A stretch of DNA of 64,000 bases. It comes from an uncultured bacterium (GTDB lineage: Bacteria > Fidelibacterota > Marinisomatia > Marinisomatales > JAHJCW01). The DNA is taken from positions 79,607 through 143,606 of the forward strand of contig CAZWKR010000006.1 of NCBI GenBank assembly GCA_964634215.1, read 5' to 3'. The notes below the pieces were generated by a model. It was not told where the DNA came from. It was given only the letters and a program-made list of their open reading frames with translations, and did not search any database. The position numbers and the translations under genes were made by a program. The stretch's first letter is position 1; every line of letters starts with the position of its first letter. Shown piece by piece: positions 1-9,457 of the stretch.

Positions 1-332
1 CCTGCATTAACAATTAATTTGAAGCAGTTATAACATGGAGAAGCGGTAATAAATATTTCTGCACCTTCTACTCTAATTCCATGACGAGCGGCGTGAACAA
101 TAGCATTTGCTTCAGCATGAACAGTTCGCACACAATGTCCGTTTTCCATTTCATGTCCAATCTCATCACAATGGGATAACCCTCGTAAACTTCCGTTATA
201 ACCGGTAGAAAGAATTGTTTTGCCACGAACAATTACAGCACCGACCATTTTTCTATCGCAAGTTGCGCGAGTAGAAACTTCGCGTGCGATATTCATAAAA
301 TAATTTTCCCAAGATATACGTTCTTTAGACAT
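1..332 (-). CDS. dCMP (deoxycytidylate) deaminase, C-terminal end cut by window edge
   Basis: Not in the ORF track because it runs off the window. Minus-strand translation from the ATG at 330-332 gives MSKERISWENYFMNIAREVSTRATCDRKMVG...VHAEANAI...SPCYNCFKLIVNAG, carrying the HAE and PCxxC zinc-deaminase motifs. Confidence 0.8.
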   Translation of the reverse strand, partial: MSKERISWENYFMNIAREVSTRATCDRKMVGAVIVRGKTILSTGYNGSLRGLSHCDEIGHEMENGHCVRTVHAEANAIVHAARHGIRVEGAEIFITASPCYNCFKLIVNA

Positions 333-1552
333 TATAAATCCTTAAAAAAATTAGCAGTTTTCTTTAAGCTATCACAAAGTAAATCTATTTCTCTTTCGGT
401 ATTATAAAGATAAAAACTTGCACGGATAGTAGAACTAACTCCAAGTTTATCCATAATTGGTTGTGCGCAGTGATGACCAGCACGCACAGCGATTCCATCT
501 TGATCTAAAAATTGTGCTAAATCATGAGGATGAACACCTTCCAAATTAAAACTGATTACAGAACTGCTTTCGCCAACTTGATGACCATAAATTGTCAATC
601 CATCAATTGTTCGTAATTTTTCCAGAGCGATATTTAAAAGATATTTCACATAGTCATGTATGTATGTTAATCCAATTTCATTTATGTAATCAATCGCAGC
701 TCCTAGCCCAATTGCTTGAGCGATGTTTGGGGTCCCAGCTTCAAATTTATACGGGATATCATTCCAAGTAGACTCAGCCATTGTTACGGAATTGATCATA
801 TCACCTCCACCCATGAATGGTGTCATTGAATCTAATAATTTAGTTTTTCCATATAAAACACCGATACCGGTGGGTCCTAACATTTTGTGTCCGGAAAACG
901 CAAGAAAATCACAATCTAAATCATGTACATCAATTGAACTATGCGGAATACTTTGTGCTGCGTCAATAAATGTCAAGGCACCTACTTTTTTGGCATGATT
1001 GATTATTTCTTTAATAGGATTAATAGTTCCAAATACATTCGATTGATGAATGACACTAACAAGTTTTGTTTTATTTGTGATTAATTTATCTATATTGCTT
1101 AGACTTAAAGTCCCGTCTGTATTTATCGGAATATACTTTAAAACTATGCCTGTTTCTACTGCAACTAATTGCCAAGGAACTATATTGCTATGATGTTCCA
1201 TTTCAGTTATTAGTATTTCATCACCCTTTCTAAGATTTTTTCTTGCCCAACTATATGCAACTAAATTGATCGATTCAGTTGTACCTCCGGTAAAAACGAT
1301 TGACCGCCAATCTTTAGCATTGATATAAGTTGCAACTTTTTGTCTGGCAGATTCGAATGTTTCAGTAGCTTTCATACTTAATTCATAAATACCACGATGA
1401 ACGTTTGCATTATAATTGGAATAGAAATCTGATACTGCATCAATAACTTGTTTTGGTTTTTGAGTAGTTGCGGAACTGTCTAAATAAACTAATGATTGAT
1501 CTTTGAAAATAGGAAAATCAGAACGAATTTTATTTATATCAAATTTGTTCAT
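332..1552 (-). CDS. sufS: cysteine desulfurase SufS (class V aminotransferase)
   Basis: 406 aa. PLP-lysine region 'FSGHKMLGPTGIGVLYG' and active-site Cys loop 'RAGHHCAQP'. Last gene of the suf cluster. Confidence 0.9.
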   Translation of the reverse strand: MNKFDINKIRSDFPIFKDQSLVYLDSSATTQKPKQVIDAVSDFYSNYNANVHRGIYELSMKATETFESARQKVATYINAKDWRSIVFTGGTTESINLVAYSWARKNLRKGDEILITEMEHHSNIVPWQLVAVETGIVLKYIPINTDGTLSLSNIDKLITNKTKLVSVIHQSNVFGTINPIKEIINHAKKVGALTFIDAAQSIPHSSIDVHDLDCDFLAFSGHKMLGPTGIGVLYGKTKLLDSMTPFMGGGDMINSVTMAESTWNDIPYKFEAGTPNIAQAIGLGAAIDYINEIGLTYIHDYVKYLLNIALEKLRTIDGLTIYGHQVGESSSVISFNLEGVHPHDLAQFLDQDGIAVRAGHHCAQPIMDKLGVSSTIRASFYLYNTEREIDLLCDSLKKTANFFKDL

Positions 1553-2091
1553 AATATTCCAAGTTGTAATAAAGCAGTTTCTGACATCATTTCACGATTC
1601 CAAAGTGGTTCCCATACGAGCTCCACATTTACATTAGTGACACCTGGGATCCCTTGTACTTTTTGCTGTGCTTCAGCTGTGATGACGGGTCCCATACCGC
1701 ATCCCGGTGCAGTTAGTGTCATTTGTATATCTACTTTGGTTCCATCTTTTTGCTTTGTTAGTTTACAATCGTAGATTAAACCAAGGTCAACAATATTGAC
1801 CGGTATTTCAGGGTCATATACGGTTCTTAATTGATCCCAAACTTGTTGCTCGTTCACTTCTTTTTTCTCAGAATCGGAAGAGTTAATTATAGTTTGTATA
1901 ACTTTTTTGCCAATTGCATCAGCATCTTCACCATCTAACTTGAATAGATTTCCATTTAGCATAATTGTATAGCTGCCGCCCAATGCCTGCGTGATTGATA
2001 CAGGTTCACCCTTTTGTAAGGTTACTTTATCGCCGGATGGTATTAGAAATGCTTTCACATTTCTTTCTAATAGAATTTTTTCCATATCCAT
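1549..2091 (-). CDS. sufT: SufT-like Fe-S assembly protein (N-terminal extension + DUF59/MIP18 domain)
   Basis: 180 aa. DUF59 motifs 'VYDPEIPVNIVDLGLIYD' and 'TLTAPGCGMG'. Lies between sufU and sufS and overlaps sufS by 4 nt. Confidence 0.7.
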   Translation of the reverse strand: MDMEKILLERNVKAFLIPSGDKVTLQKGEPVSITQALGGSYTIMLNGNLFKLDGEDADAIGKKVIQTIINSSDSEKKEVNEQQVWDQLRTVYDPEIPVNIVDLGLIYDCKLTKQKDGTKVDIQMTLTAPGCGMGPVITAEAQQKVQGIPGVTNVNVELVWEPLWNREMMSETALLQLGIL

Positions 2092-2096
2092 AATAT

Positions 2097-2558
2097 TTAT
2101 TCTGTAATTGTCATTATTTTACTTTTTTCTAAAGCGTTTTTCATGGTATGCCATGGCAATATTGCACATTTTACACGTGCCGGGAATTTGTGTACGCCCG
2201 ATAATACCGCCAATTTGCCGATGCCTTTACCATCGGTTTTACCGCTAGTAATCATGTTATGTACTAAATCGAATAATTGTTGTGCCTCTTTTAATGTTTT
2301 ACCCAATAGTGCTTCGGTCATTAATGATGAAGATGCTTTTGATATCGCACAACCCGATCCCATAAAACTGACTTCAGTAATGATATCATCCTTAATGGTT
2401 AAGTAAATATCAATTTTGTCTCCACACAGGGGATTATGTCCCTTAGCCGAATGGGATGGATGCTCAATTTCGCGAAAGTTTCGCGGATTGTGATTGTGGT
2501 CAATAATTACTTGCTGATATAATTCTTGTAGCTCATTCATGTTTATTTTGCCAACCAC
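2097..2558 (-). CDS. sufU: SufU / NifU-like Fe-S (sulfur transfer) scaffold protein
   Basis: Motifs 'NPLCGDKIDIYL', 'GSGCAISKASSSLMTE' and 'RVKCAILPW'. The true start may be the internal Met of 'MNELQELY'. Confidence 0.85.
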   Translation of the reverse strand: MVGKINMNELQELYQQVIIDHNHNPRNFREIEHPSHSAKGHNPLCGDKIDIYLTIKDDIITEVSFMGSGCAISKASSSLMTEALLGKTLKEAQQLFDLVHNMITSGKTDGKGIGKLAVLSGVHKFPARVKCAILPWHTMKNALEKSKIMTITE

Positions 2559-3844
2559 TTTATAAGTTCGATATTCAATTTTTCTTTAACCGAATCAATT
2601 TTTATTTTATCAATTACTTCTTTCGCAAATCCTTCAATCAAAAGTGATTTTGCAGTTACAAAATCAATTCCGCGGGAACGCAGATAAAAGATTGCATCCT
2701 CATCTAATTCGCCAGTGGCTGAACCATGAGAACATTTTACATCGTCAGCATAAATCTCTAATTGTGGATTAGAGTTCATTAACGCTTTTTTTGAAAGTAG
2801 AATATTTTTGTTTGTCTGTTGCGAATCGGTTTTTTGTGCATCAGGTTTAACTGATACTAATCCGTTAAATACGCCTTCTGATGATTCGTCTAAAATATAT
2901 TTAAATAATTGATGGCTGTTTGAATTGGGTTTATTATGACTAATAGTAGTATAATTTTCGATATGATCTTTACCGGATAATAAACTTAAACCGGAAATAT
3001 CCGTGCTACAATTGTCTCCATCAATTTGGACATTAATATTATTTCGGATTAATTCACCGCCAATATTAATTAGCTGAGTTTTATATGTACTGTTATCTTG
3101 TTGTTCAACAAAAATATGATTCAGACCTTTAGATTTAGGATCATTTTGCTGTATTAAAATATGGGACAGGATTGAGTTGTTATCAACTTGAATATTATAA
3201 ACAGAATTATTGAATAATTCTGTTTTGTTAGTATGTACATTTTCTTCTATTATCGTAACCTGACTGCTTTTACCGATTTTTATAAGATTTTGTTGATGAT
3301 GCTGTACAAAGTCTTTTTCATCAGATATAATATTTAGAATATGTAAAGGTTTATCTTCAATATAGTTTGAATCTATTTCAATAACGTATCCGCCGGTCGC
3401 AAAAGCCTTATTTAACAAAATAAACGGATTTGTACCATTTTCGATATAATCATTAGTTAAATCGCTAAATGATTCGGACATGTTTTTTACTGAAAATTGT
3501 TTGGCAATACCGTCAAATGTTGAAAGCTCAGCATCAAATGATCCATTTACAAATACAATTCGAAAGCTATTTTCAAAAGAATGATTAGTAATAATTTCTT
3601 TATCAATTTTACCAATTTCTCCATTCGTGAATTGATATTCGGTTTTTACCAGTGTTGATAAATCAGTAAAACGCCAATTCTCATGTTTTTTTGTTGGGTA
3701 TCCAACTTTCACAAATTTATCAAAGGCATCTTTTCGTAATTCCTGAATAGTTTTCGATTCGGAATTATGAGTTTGTTGAAAAGTATTAAAATTTGATTTA
3801 GCTATTAACATCCCATTTCCTAAGAAACTTTCTCCTCCAACCAA
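2543..3844 (-). CDS. sufD: Fe-S cluster assembly protein SufD
   Basis: 433 aa. C-terminal SufB/D region 'DDVKCSHGSATGELDEDAIFYLRSRGI'. Follows sufC. The start is uncertain, with an alternative ATG at 3811. Confidence 0.85.
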   Translation of the reverse strand: MVGGESFLGNGMLIAKSNFNTFQQTHNSESKTIQELRKDAFDKFVKVGYPTKKHENWRFTDLSTLVKTEYQFTNGEIGKIDKEIITNHSFENSFRIVFVNGSFDAELSTFDGIAKQFSVKNMSESFSDLTNDYIENGTNPFILLNKAFATGGYVIEIDSNYIEDKPLHILNIISDEKDFVQHHQQNLIKIGKSSQVTIIEENVHTNKTELFNNSVYNIQVDNNSILSHILIQQNDPKSKGLNHIFVEQQDNSTYKTQLINIGGELIRNNINVQIDGDNCSTDISGLSLLSGKDHIENYTTISHNKPNSNSHQLFKYILDESSEGVFNGLVSVKPDAQKTDSQQTNKNILLSKKALMNSNPQLEIYADDVKCSHGSATGELDEDAIFYLRSRGIDFVTAKSLLIEGFAKEVIDKIKIDSVKEKLNIELIKWLAK

Positions 3845-4569
3845 CGATAACCTTTATCTTCCAAAGTCAGTGCTAATTCTTTTCCACCTGATTTTACAAT
3901 TTTACCATCAATCATAACGTGAATAATATCAGGTTGGATATAATTAAGCAATCTCTGATAATGTGTAATTACTAAAAATGAGTTTTCCTTACTACGGTAA
4001 TCGTTAACACCTTTGGCAATTATTTTCAGTGCGTCGATATCAAGTCCTGAATCTGTTTCGTCGAGAATAGCTAATTTGGGCTTCAGTGTTATCATTTGTA
4101 AAATTTCATTACGTTTCTTCTCACCACCTGAGAAACCGGCATTGACGGATCTCCTTAGATATGACTCATCCATTTCTAGTTTCTTTAGATTTTCTTTGAT
4201 CAAAGTCATGAAATCTATGGCGTCTAATTCAATTTTCCCCTGATACTTTCTTTTGGCATTTAGCGCAGCTTTTAAAAAGTAAGTATTGTTCACTCCGGCA
4301 ATGACAGCAGGATATTGAAACGACATAAAAATTCCCTTAAGAGCACGTTCTTCGGGAGATAAATCCAATAAGTTTTTACCATTATATTGGATTTTACCTT
4401 TGGTCACATCATAATTGTCACTGCCTGAGATAACATTTGCGAGCGTGCTTTTACCAGACCCATTTAGTCCCATAATAGCGTGTGTCTCGCCGGGCTTAAT
4501 TGTTATATCAATTCCTTTTAATATTTGATTGCCTTCAACAGAGGCGTTTAAATTTTTAATTTCTAACAT
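3820..4569 (-). CDS. sufC: Fe-S cluster assembly ATPase SufC
   Basis: Walker A 'GLNGSGKST', ABC signature 'FSGGEKKR', Walker B 'LAILDETDSGLD'. Confidence 0.95.
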   Translation of the reverse strand: MLEIKNLNASVEGNQILKGIDITIKPGETHAIMGLNGSGKSTLANVISGSDNYDVTKGKIQYNGKNLLDLSPEERALKGIFMSFQYPAVIAGVNNTYFLKAALNAKRKYQGKIELDAIDFMTLIKENLKKLEMDESYLRRSVNAGFSGGEKKRNEILQMITLKPKLAILDETDSGLDIDALKIIAKGVNDYRSKENSFLVITHYQRLLNYIQPDIIHVMIDGKIVKSGGKELALTLEDKGYRWLEEKVS

Positions 4570-4616
4570 ATTCTTATTTTTTATTTAAATTTTAACATTC
4601 AAAACTCAAAGTTGCT

Positions 4617-6095
4617 TTACCCAACCGATCCTTCTAAACTGATTTCCATTAATTTATGCGCTTCAACAGCAAATTCCATAGGTAGTTCGGCGAATACCTC
4701 TTTGCAAAATCCGTTAACAATCATAGAAACTGCATCCTCTGTGGATATACCACGTTGATTACAGTAAAATAATTGGTCCTCTCCGATATTTGATGTTGTT
4801 GCTTCGTGTTCCATTTGTGCTGACGGATTCCGTACATCAATATATGGGAAAGTATGAGCACCGCATTTATCACCGATTAATATAGAATCGCATTGTGAAA
4901 AATTGCGTGCATTTTCCGCACTTTTCATAATTTTTACGCCACCGCGATAGGTGTTTTGTGATTTACCGGCTGATATACCTTTGGAAATGATAGTACTTTT
5001 TGTATTTTTTCCGATATGGATCATTTTTGAACCGGTATCTGCTTGTTGATAATTATTAGTCATTGCTACGGAATAGAATTCACCTACTGAATTGTCACCT
5101 TTTAGAATTACGCTTGGATATTTCCAAGTAATTGCAGAGCCGGTTTCTATCTGTGTCCATGATATTTTTGAATTCTTTCCCTTACAAAGTCCACGTTTTG
5201 TTACAAAATTGTAAATACCACCTTTACCTTCTTTGTCGCCGGGATACCAATTTTGCACTGTGGAATACTTGATGTTAGCATTTTTATGTGCTATCAATTC
5301 TACAACCGCAGCATGGAGCTGATTCTCATCACGCATTGGTGCGGTACAACCTTCTAAATAACTTACATGACTACCCGCCTCTGCAACAATTAATGTCCGT
5401 TCAAACTGTCCGGTTTGTGATGCATTGATACGAAAATATGTTGATAACTCCATTGGACAGCGAGCACCTTTCGGAATGTAAACAAATGAGCCATCGCTGA
5501 ATACAGCAGAATTAAGTGCCGAATAAAAATTATCAGCAGGAGGGACCGCCATTCCTAAATATTTTTTTATTAGATCGGGATGTTTGTGAACAGCTTCGGA
5601 AAACGGCATAAAAATTACACCGTGCTTTGCCAATTCTTCTTTGAATGTTGTAGCTACGGAAACGCTATCAAAAACAGCATCAACTGCCACATTTGATAAC
5701 ATTTTTTGTTCATCTAAAGGTATGCCTAGCTTGTTGTAGGTGTCCAATAATTCAGGATCAACCTCCTCCAAACTGCTTAATTTTTTCTTTTCTTTTGGAG
5801 CGGCATAATAACTTATCGCCTGGAAGTCAATTGGAGGATAATTGATCTTTGCCCAAGTTGGCTCAACCATTTTTTTCCAATTTCTGTATGATTTTAAACG
5901 CCACTCTAACAACCAGTCGGGTTCATTCTTTTTAGACGAAATAAGTCGGATAACATCTTCATTTAAACCGGGTGGAATTATTTCCTGTTCAATATCAGAT
6001 ACAAATCCATATTTATAATCCTGATTGATTGCATCATCAATTATTTTCTCTTCGCGGTCTTTAAAAGAATCTGATTTTTGTGGAACTTGCGACAT
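4617..6095 (-). CDS. sufB: Fe-S cluster assembly scaffold SufB
   Basis: 492 aa. '[17 protein letters not shown]', '[16 protein letters not shown]', '[22 protein letters not shown]'. Confidence 0.95.
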   Translation of the reverse strand: MSQVPQKSDSFKDREEKIIDDAINQDYKYGFVSDIEQEIIPPGLNEDVIRLISSKKNEPDWLLEWRLKSYRNWKKMVEPTWAKINYPPIDFQAISYYAAPKEKKKLSSLEEVDPELLDTYNKLGIPLDEQKMLSNVAVDAVFDSVSVATTFKEELAKHGVIFMPFSEAVHKHPDLIKKYLGMAVPPADNFYSALNSAVFSDGSFVYIPKGARCPMELSTYFRINASQTGQFERTLIVAEAGSHVSYLEGCTAPMRDENQLHAAVVELIAHKNANIKYSTVQNWYPGDKEGKGGIYNFVTKRGLCKGKNSKISWTQIETGSAITWKYPSVILKGDNSVGEFYSVAMTNNYQQADTGSKMIHIGKNTKSTIISKGISAGKSQNTYRGGVKIMKSAENARNFSQCDSILIGDKCGAHTFPYIDVRNPSAQMEHEATTSNIGEDQLFYCNQRGISTEDAVSMIVNGFCKEVFAELPMEFAVEAHKLMEISLEGSVG

Positions 6096-6096
6096 A

Positions 6097-6411
6097 TTAG
6101 ATATTCAACTTATTCCTGGCTTCATCGCTCATCATGTTAGAATTCCATTTGGGATCAAAGGTTATGTCAATTGAAATATCATTTATTCCATCTAAAGATG
6201 ATAATTTTGATTGTACATCTTCTTTGATGTGCTTGACCATCGGACAACCGGGAACGGTTAATGTCATAATAATAGCAATATCTTGTTTATCACCAGTTTT
6301 ACTATCGTTTATTTGAATATCATAGATCAATCCCAAATTCCATATATCAACCGGTATTTCCGGATCCATACATTGTTTTAATTTTTCAAGTACTTGTTCT
6401 TCAGTTATCAT
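6097..6411 (-). CDS. stand-alone DUF59 (metal-sulfur cluster biosynthesis) protein
   Basis: 104 aa. '[18 protein letters not shown]' and 'TLTVPGCPM'. Sits 1 nt upstream of sufB. Confidence 0.75.
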   Translation of the reverse strand: MITEEQVLEKLKQCMDPEIPVDIWNLGLIYDIQINDSKTGDKQDIAIIMTLTVPGCPMVKHIKEDVQSKLSSLDGINDISIDITFDPKWNSNMMSDEARNKLNI

Positions 6412-6418
6412 AAAAGTC

Positions 6419-6817
6419 CTATTTAGTTAAATCAGCTAAAGTCATATTTGAAAATAAATCTTTAATCGTATTATTGATACGTTCAATGGGTACACGAATA
6501 TTACATGTTCCTATGTGTCCGCAATCCGGATCATGCAAACAGTCTACTAATCCAACCGGTCCTTCAATAATCTCAATAAAATCATTTAATTTAATTTTAT
6601 CCAATGATTTTCTAAGTTTATATCCCCCACTTGGCCCTTGGATTGGTTCAATAATTTCCTGCTTAGCCAATTGTTGTAAAACTTTCGCTAAAAGCGATGC
6701 CGGCAAGTCATAATTCTCGGCCACTTCCTTTGCACTTGTTATCTCATCTTGTGCTTTACTCTGCATATGTTGCAGAGCAATTAAGGCGTATTCAGTTTTT
6801 TTGTTTAGCTTTAACAT
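6419..6817 (-). CDS. Rrf2-family transcriptional regulator, IscR-like (Fe-S cluster ligating)
   Basis: N-terminal wHTH 'MLKLNKKTEYALIALQHM'. Cys triad 'CLHDPDCGHIGTC' (C-x5-C-x5-C) spaced as in IscR. First gene of the suf operon. Confidence 0.85.
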   Translation of the reverse strand: MLKLNKKTEYALIALQHMQSKAQDEITSAKEVAENYDLPASLLAKVLQQLAKQEIIEPIQGPSGGYKLRKSLDKIKLNDFIEIIEGPVGLVDCLHDPDCGHIGTCNIRVPIERINNTIKDLFSNMTLADLTK

Positions 6818-6820
6818 ATT

Positions 6821-6843
6821 AATACGACTAAAATAGTCGCATT
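6821..6843. promoter_or_regulatory. candidate IscR/Rrf2 operator (palindrome)
   Basis: AATACGACTAAAATAGTCGCATT. The core CGACTA-AAA-TAGTCG (6825-6839) is a perfect palindrome 8-22 nt upstream of the regulator's ATG. It matches the core GACTRwwwYAGTC of the E. coli IscR type-1 consensus, recalled from memory. Confidence 0.55.
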
Positions 6844-6897
6844 AAATTACAATTAGAATTTTGAAATAAAAAATACATTTATTCCCAATACACGAAT

Positions 6898-6983
6898 GTC
6901 ATTCTGATGAGCTTCGCAACGAAGAATCTAGTTTTTGTATAATACTTGGGAAATTATAGGGTCTTCGTTTTATTCAGAATGAC
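6898..6983. repeat. 86-bp imperfect palindromic intergenic element (REP-like)
   Basis: Outer arms GTCATTCTGA (6898-6907) / TCAGAATGAC (6974-6983). Inner arms ACGAAGA (6919-6925) / TCTTCGT (6962-6968). Local hairpin CTTCG-CAA-CGAAG (6912-6924). Confidence 0.5.
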
Positions 6984-6986
6984 CCA

Positions 6987-7026
6987 TTTTAAAAAGCCCT
7001 CAAAGTCTTAGAGACCTTGAGGGCTT
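6987..7026 (-). terminator. rho-independent terminator downstream of mdh
   Basis: Stem GCCCTCAA...TTGAGGGC (6996-7024). On the minus strand it is followed by a U-run (plus-strand AAAAA at 6991-6995). Confidence 0.6.
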
Positions 7027-7048
7027 CGAGAGATTTAACTTTTAACTC

Positions 7049-7984
7049 TTACAATCCTGTTTCTTCTACTACTGATGCAACATGATCCACCGTGTTTTTA
7101 AGTGCGGCTTTTTCATCATCGGTCAAATCAATTTCAAGGATCTTTTCGATACCGTCACTACCTATAACACACGGAACACCAATAAAGTATCCGTTAACAT
7201 CATATTCACCTTCACATAGTGCTGCGGAAGGAATTACGCGTTTTTTATCTTTAAGATAAGATTCTACCATTTCCATAATCGATGCAGCAGGGCTAAAGAA
7301 CGCACTGCCATTTCCAAGTAGTTTAACGATTTCAGTACCGGCTTCGCGTGTGCGTTTTTCAATAGCCTCGATCTTTTCTTTGGATAAGAGCTTATCGATA
7401 GGAACTCCACCAACTGTTGCCAATCTTGAAAGCGGAACCATAGTTGGTCCATGTCCACCAAGAACAACACAGGACACGTCTTGTGCTGATAGTCCGGTTT
7501 CCATCGCAATAAATGCGCGGAAGCGGCCTGAGTCTAAAGCACCTGCCATTCCAACAACTCTATTTTTTGGAAGTCCACTGATCTTGTGAAAAGCATATAC
7601 AATAGCATCAAGCGGATTGGAAACCACGATCACAAATGCATCGGGTGCATATTTTTTTACATTGTTGGCGACATCTGTAATGATTCCCAAATTAACAGAA
7701 AGTAGGTCATCACGGGTCATTCCGGGCTTTCTTGGAACACCGGCTGTAATAACTACAACATCAGAACCTTCAATATCTTTGTAATCACTGGTTCCTGTGA
7801 TATTTGCATCATATCCGTCATGTGGTCTCAGTTCCATAATATCCAATGCTTTACCTTTCACCATTCCTTCAACTTGCGGAATATCAAATACTACGATATC
7901 ACCTAGTTCCTTTTGAGTACCAATTAGTGCGAGTATTCCACCAATTTGCCCACCGCCAATTAAGGCGATTTTTTTTCTTGCCAT
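7049..7984 (-). CDS. mdh: malate dehydrogenase (LDH-like family)
   Basis: 311 aa. Rossmann 'KIALIGGGQIGG', substrate loop 'ITAGVPRKPGMTRDDL', 'VLGGHG'. Confidence 0.9.
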   Translation of the reverse strand: MARKKIALIGGGQIGGILALIGTQKELGDIVVFDIPQVEGMVKGKALDIMELRPHDGYDANITGTSDYKDIEGSDVVVITAGVPRKPGMTRDDLLSVNLGIITDVANNVKKYAPDAFVIVVSNPLDAIVYAFHKISGLPKNRVVGMAGALDSGRFRAFIAMETGLSAQDVSCVVLGGHGPTMVPLSRLATVGGVPIDKLLSKEKIEAIEKRTREAGTEIVKLLGNGSAFFSPAASIMEMVESYLKDKKRVIPSAALCEGEYDVNGYFIGVPCVIGSDGIEKILEIDLTDDEKAALKNTVDHVASVVEETGL

Positions 7985-8000
7985 AATAAATTCTCCTATT

Positions 8001-9272
8001 TTATGCGTTTTCTTTTATCCATTCGGCAGTGATTGATTTCGGTCGAGTTATCGGCATACCTAATGCACGGTTGATAACCATTTGTGAAACCATACCCATC
8101 GCACGTGAAATACTGAATAGTACAGTATAGAAACTGAATTCGGTCATACCAAAATGATATAATAATGAACCGGAAGCTGCATCAACATTTGGCCATGGAT
8201 TTTTTGCTTTACCTTGTTCTTTTAATACATTTGGTACAACATCGAATAGATCACTAACGATATCAAATACAGGGTCACCCTTGATATGTTCTCTACCAAA
8301 ATTAATGAATGCTGTAAATCTAGGATCAGGGCAACGCAATACCGCATGACCATATCCCGGAACAACACGACCACTATTTAGACGATCCCACACGAATTTA
8401 CTTAATTCCTCTTGTGATGGTGAACCACCAAAATGCTCTTCAATTTCTAATACAAATTTGAGGCATTCTTGATTTGCGAGCCCGTGTAGTGGTCCGGCAA
8501 GTCCGTTTAATCCAGCGGATACCGCATAATATGGATCTGACAATGCTGACGCAACCGTAAGTCCACTAAATGCACTAACGTTTCCACCTTCATGATCACA
8601 ATGCAGCATGAGATATAGGCGCATCAATTTTTTTAACAGTCCGTCAGGATCATCAATCCCAAGCATGTGAGCAAAATTCGCACCCCAATCCAAATTTTTA
8701 TCAGGTTCGATGAGAGCACCTTTATCGAAACGAATTCGATAAACTCCAGCTCCCAATGCTGGTAATTTTGCAACTAATCGGATAGCATCATCTAACGTAG
8801 CTTTCCAATAATCTTGTTTTTGTAATCCTTTATCATATTGTTTTCTAAACTCAGATTCTTTTTCCATAACTAATATAGCTGCATTAAACATCACCATTGG
8901 ATGTGAGTCTTTAGGCATAGCCTTTAATACATCCCACACATATTGTGGTACTTCTGCATGCTCGGATAAATGTAATTGTAGATCTTTAAGAGCATCTTTA
9001 TCCGGTAGATCACCGGTCAACAATAGATGGAATACCTCTTCGGGAAGAATATCAGTTATATCTAATAATGGTCTGCCTCTAATTATCAGACCGGAATCTG
9101 CTGAAACAGCTGATGTATCACAGACCAAGCCTTTTACACCACGCATTCCACCATAAGCTTGTGCGACTGTTACATTACTAATAACCTTGTCGCCCTTTTC
9201 TTCAAGGAGTTGTTTCGCTTCATATCTCCAATCGGGTATTTTTTTACTTAACGTTTCTAATATTTTTGACAT
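8001..9272 (-). CDS. gltA: citrate synthase, eukaryote-like type
   Basis: 423 aa. 'HCDHEGGNVSAF...ASALSDPYYAVSAGLNGLAGPLHGLANQE' and 'PGYGHAVLRCPDPR' closely resemble mitochondrial citrate synthase motifs as I recall them. 16 nt upstream of mdh. Confidence 0.9.
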   Translation of the reverse strand: MSKILETLSKKIPDWRYEAKQLLEEKGDKVISNVTVAQAYGGMRGVKGLVCDTSAVSADSGLIIRGRPLLDITDILPEEVFHLLLTGDLPDKDALKDLQLHLSEHAEVPQYVWDVLKAMPKDSHPMVMFNAAILVMEKESEFRKQYDKGLQKQDYWKATLDDAIRLVAKLPALGAGVYRIRFDKGALIEPDKNLDWGANFAHMLGIDDPDGLLKKLMRLYLMLHCDHEGGNVSAFSGLTVASALSDPYYAVSAGLNGLAGPLHGLANQECLKFVLEIEEHFGGSPSQEELSKFVWDRLNSGRVVPGYGHAVLRCPDPRFTAFINFGREHIKGDPVFDIVSDLFDVVPNVLKEQGKAKNPWPNVDAASGSLLYHFGMTEFSFYTVLFSISRAMGMVSQMVINRALGMPITRPKSITAEWIKENA

Positions 9273-9457
9273 ATTAACCTCTTATTATTAATTAGAAAAA
9301 GCAATTAGTGAATATTAAGAACCAGGTATGTGCAGTGCACAAAACGCAACTTCTTAATCAATAAAAATTCATTGGGCACAGTTAAAAATAAAAACGAAAA
9401 GAATTATTTGCTAATTAATTCATACAAAATTAATTATATCAAACAATCTATATATTG

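Noticed and set aside
6904-6930. CUGAUGAG followed by the hairpin CUUCG-CAA-CGAAG looks like a hammerhead ribozyme core.
   Set aside because: The sequence after stem II is AAUC rather than the required GAAA. The closing pair would be a G-A mismatch, and no stem I/III or cleavage-site context can be built.
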